DNA from: an uncultured Mycoplasmatota bacterium
GTDB taxonomy: Bacteria; Bacillota_I; Bacilli_A; RF39; UBA660
Direction of reading: 5' to 3'
Length of the DNA: 64,000 nucleotides
Assembly: GCA_900550255.1 (NCBI GenBank)
Contig: URQZ01000002.1
Coordinates: 2,248 to 66,247 of the forward strand
The notes under the pieces were generated by a model. It saw only the letters and a program-made list of their open reading frames with translations, searched no databases and had not been told where the DNA came from. The position numbers were made by a program, and so were the translations under genes. Below, one piece after another: positions 62,449 to 64,000 of the stretch; the first letter of the stretch is position 1, and the number at the start of each line of letters is the position of its first letter.

Positions 62449-63268
62449 TTTTATCCCCCTTTAAATAATGTGTTTGTTTCACTTTTGGAATTTCCTGATA
62501 ATTTCCATATATATGTGTTAAGTATTGATGGTATTTTTCTGGTCCATATAAAAGAGTATCTTCAAATTTATATTTTTGAGGTTTACCAAAATACTCTTTA
62601 GGGACCATCTCTCTTATACGATATGCTCCCATAATTGTTCCTACATATTTACTATTTTCAAATTTATTCTTTTTTAATAAATTATCAATTTTAGTTAATA
62701 CTTTTTTAGGTTTTATCATTTTTTTAATTGGTATAATTTTAGCTATTTTAATTAAAATTTTATCTAAAAAATTTCTTTTTTTATCTGGTTCTATAGTATC
62801 TATATAATACATTGAAACTAACATACGATAAAACATTATTTTTAAGTAAAATATTTTTCTTAAAAATATATTATTAGGACTTCCATCAATTGGAAAAATA
62901 TCAATAAAAATATTACTTTTCTCATTTAATTTTTCATATCTTTTTTCAATTATTTCATATTTTTTATTGATTATTCTAGGTAAATAATAGCGATATTTTT
63001 TATTGTTTTTAAAAGTTATTAATTCTAAATTATTTGGCAATTCTTTTGAAGCACAAACTAAAAATTGTTCAAAATCTTCTCTTGGCATTGCAATATCCAT
63101 ATCATCATCCCATGGTATAAATCCTTGATGACGAATTGCTCCAAGTAATGTACCACCAATGATATAATATTTAAATTTATATTTTTTACATATCTTTACG
63201 AATTCCTTTACCATTTCATAATCAATTTTTTGGATTTCTTTAATTGATAACATTATTTTTCTCTCCAT
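62417..63268 (-). CDS. licD: LicD-family phosphotransferase (phosphocholine or polyol-phosphate transferase)
   Basis: IIGGTLLGAIRHQGFIPWDDDMDIAMPRED is the LicD nucleotidyltransferase-fold motif. Confidence 0.75.
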   Translation of the reverse strand: MERKIMLSIKEIQKIDYEMVKEFVKICKKYKFKYYIIGGTLLGAIRHQGFIPWDDDMDIAMPREDFEQFLVCASKELPNNLELITFKNNKKYRYYLPRIINKKYEIIEKRYEKLNEKSNIFIDIFPIDGSPNNIFLRKIFYLKIMFYRMLVSMYYIDTIEPDKKRNFLDKILIKIAKIIPIKKMIKPKKVLTKIDNLLKKNKFENSKYVGTIMGAYRIREMVPKEYFGKPQKYKFEDTLLYGPEKYHQYLTHIYGNYQEIPKVKQTHYLKGDKNEDKHNSTNI

Positions 63269-63858
63269 TTTTTATACAAACTTAAATATTTAGAATGTTC
63301 TTTGGAATCATTTGACCAAGGTCCCTTAATAATTGTATTTTTATATAAAGTATAATCAATATCAACAATCTCTTTTGATTTATCAAAAACATTATATACG
63401 GCTATTTTTAATTCTGCATCTTTAAAATACTTTTCTATTTTTTCTTTAGCAAATTTTATACTATAACCTGTATCTACAGAATCATCTACTAGAAGTATTT
63501 TTCTACATTTTTTATACTTATTCCATATTTTTTCATCTATTTCTATTTGTCTTTCACTATTAGTTTTGTGATAATTAGATTTTATTTCTTTTTTTCTTAA
63601 AAAATTCTTTAAATTAGAAGGCAATATAACTAAAAGAGGTGATACTATTTTTTTTAACTTTCCACCTTTTCTTGTTGCTTTTATTTCAAGTAATGGAACT
63701 TCATTTAAATGAGCTAATTCCTCTCCTATTAAATATGAACCACGCGCAACAAAAATAACTAAATCATATTTATAATTTTTATTTACTTTATTATATAGTT
63801 TTTTTGTTGTTTCTTTTAAATCTTTGATTGATAATTCGATAAATTCCATTAAAATCAC
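63253..63858 (-). CDS. phosphoribosyltransferase-like domain protein
   Basis: ILLVDDSVDTGYSI is a type I PRTase PRPP-binding-like motif. Confidence 0.5.
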   Translation of the reverse strand: MILMEFIELSIKDLKETTKKLYNKVNKNYKYDLVIFVARGSYLIGEELAHLNEVPLLEIKATRKGGKLKKIVSPLLVILPSNLKNFLRKKEIKSNYHKTNSERQIEIDEKIWNKYKKCRKILLVDDSVDTGYSIKFAKEKIEKYFKDAELKIAVYNVFDKSKEIVDIDYTLYKNTIIKGPWSNDSKEHSKYLSLYKKWREK

Positions 63859-64000
63859 CCCTTAAAATCATCTTTATTAATTTAATAAATTTAGTACAAG
63901 TATGACTAAATTTAAGACAGTCTTTTTTTACAAATTGATATTCAGTTAAAATATTTTTATCTGTTATTTTTTCTTTTGTTATGATTATATTTCTTCCTAT

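Noticed and set aside
1-64000. Scan for CRISPR arrays, rRNA, integrases, phage structural genes, restriction-modification or other known defence operons.
   Set aside because: None were seen. There is no regularly spaced direct-repeat array in any intergenic region. The only tandem repeat found is the in-frame 120-bp repeat in the LCP gene.
63859-64000. Possible partial minus-strand ORF at the right edge.
   Set aside because: It is too short to translate or assign with confidence, and frames contain stops near 63930. It is probably an intergenic or promoter region for the polysaccharide operon, or the end of a gene that lies mostly outside the window.

Overview
This window is an AT-rich (about 25-30% GC) chromosomal segment from a low-GC Firmicute. 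The presence of sspI, yqfC and yqfD suggests a spore-former, possibly in the Erysipelotrichia or Clostridia. Almost every gene is on the minus strand. Positions 1 to about 41000 are a compact housekeeping backbone. It begins with a T-box(Ala) operon holding two P-loop nucleotide kinases and alaS. It continues with miaA, queA, ruvB, ruvA, secG and fmt. A truncated division and cell wall cluster follows (mraZ-rsmH-ftsL-PBP2B), and its last gene encodes a large prepilin-type protein. Next come tcdA, an RluA-family pseudouridine synthase, tRNA-Thr, a GGDEF cyclase, T-box(Phe)-pheS-pheT, tRNA-Glu and tRNA-Asn, YgjP, DUF2207, LemA, sspI, mraY-murE, and the block yqfC-yqfD-vanZ-ybeY-dgkA-cdd-era-yqzL-DUF1653-recO-PAP2. 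After a terminator there is an LCP protein with C-terminal EGF-like cysteine repeats, then tRNA-Cys. Positions 43600-54000 look accessory: two short HExxH proteins related to the PepF core, pepF itself, a cassette of an unknown protein with an MFS transporter and a HAD nucleotidase, a 500-bp non-coding gap, an FAD oxidoreductase, a DapB-like dehydrogenase, and an Rpn/PD-(D/E)XK transposase-like gene. Positions 54080 to beyond 63858 hold a capsule or cell-wall polysaccharide locus (cpsB, a fused cpsC-cpsD tyrosine kinase, two GT2 transferases, an LCP protein, Wzx, Wzy, LicD and a PRTase-like gene). I saw no CRISPR array, rRNA, prophage or clear defence operon. The most unusual items are: the pilin-like gene riding on the division operon; the LCP protein with EGF-like repeats; the kinase pair inside the alaS T-box operon; and the short PepF-core paralogues.
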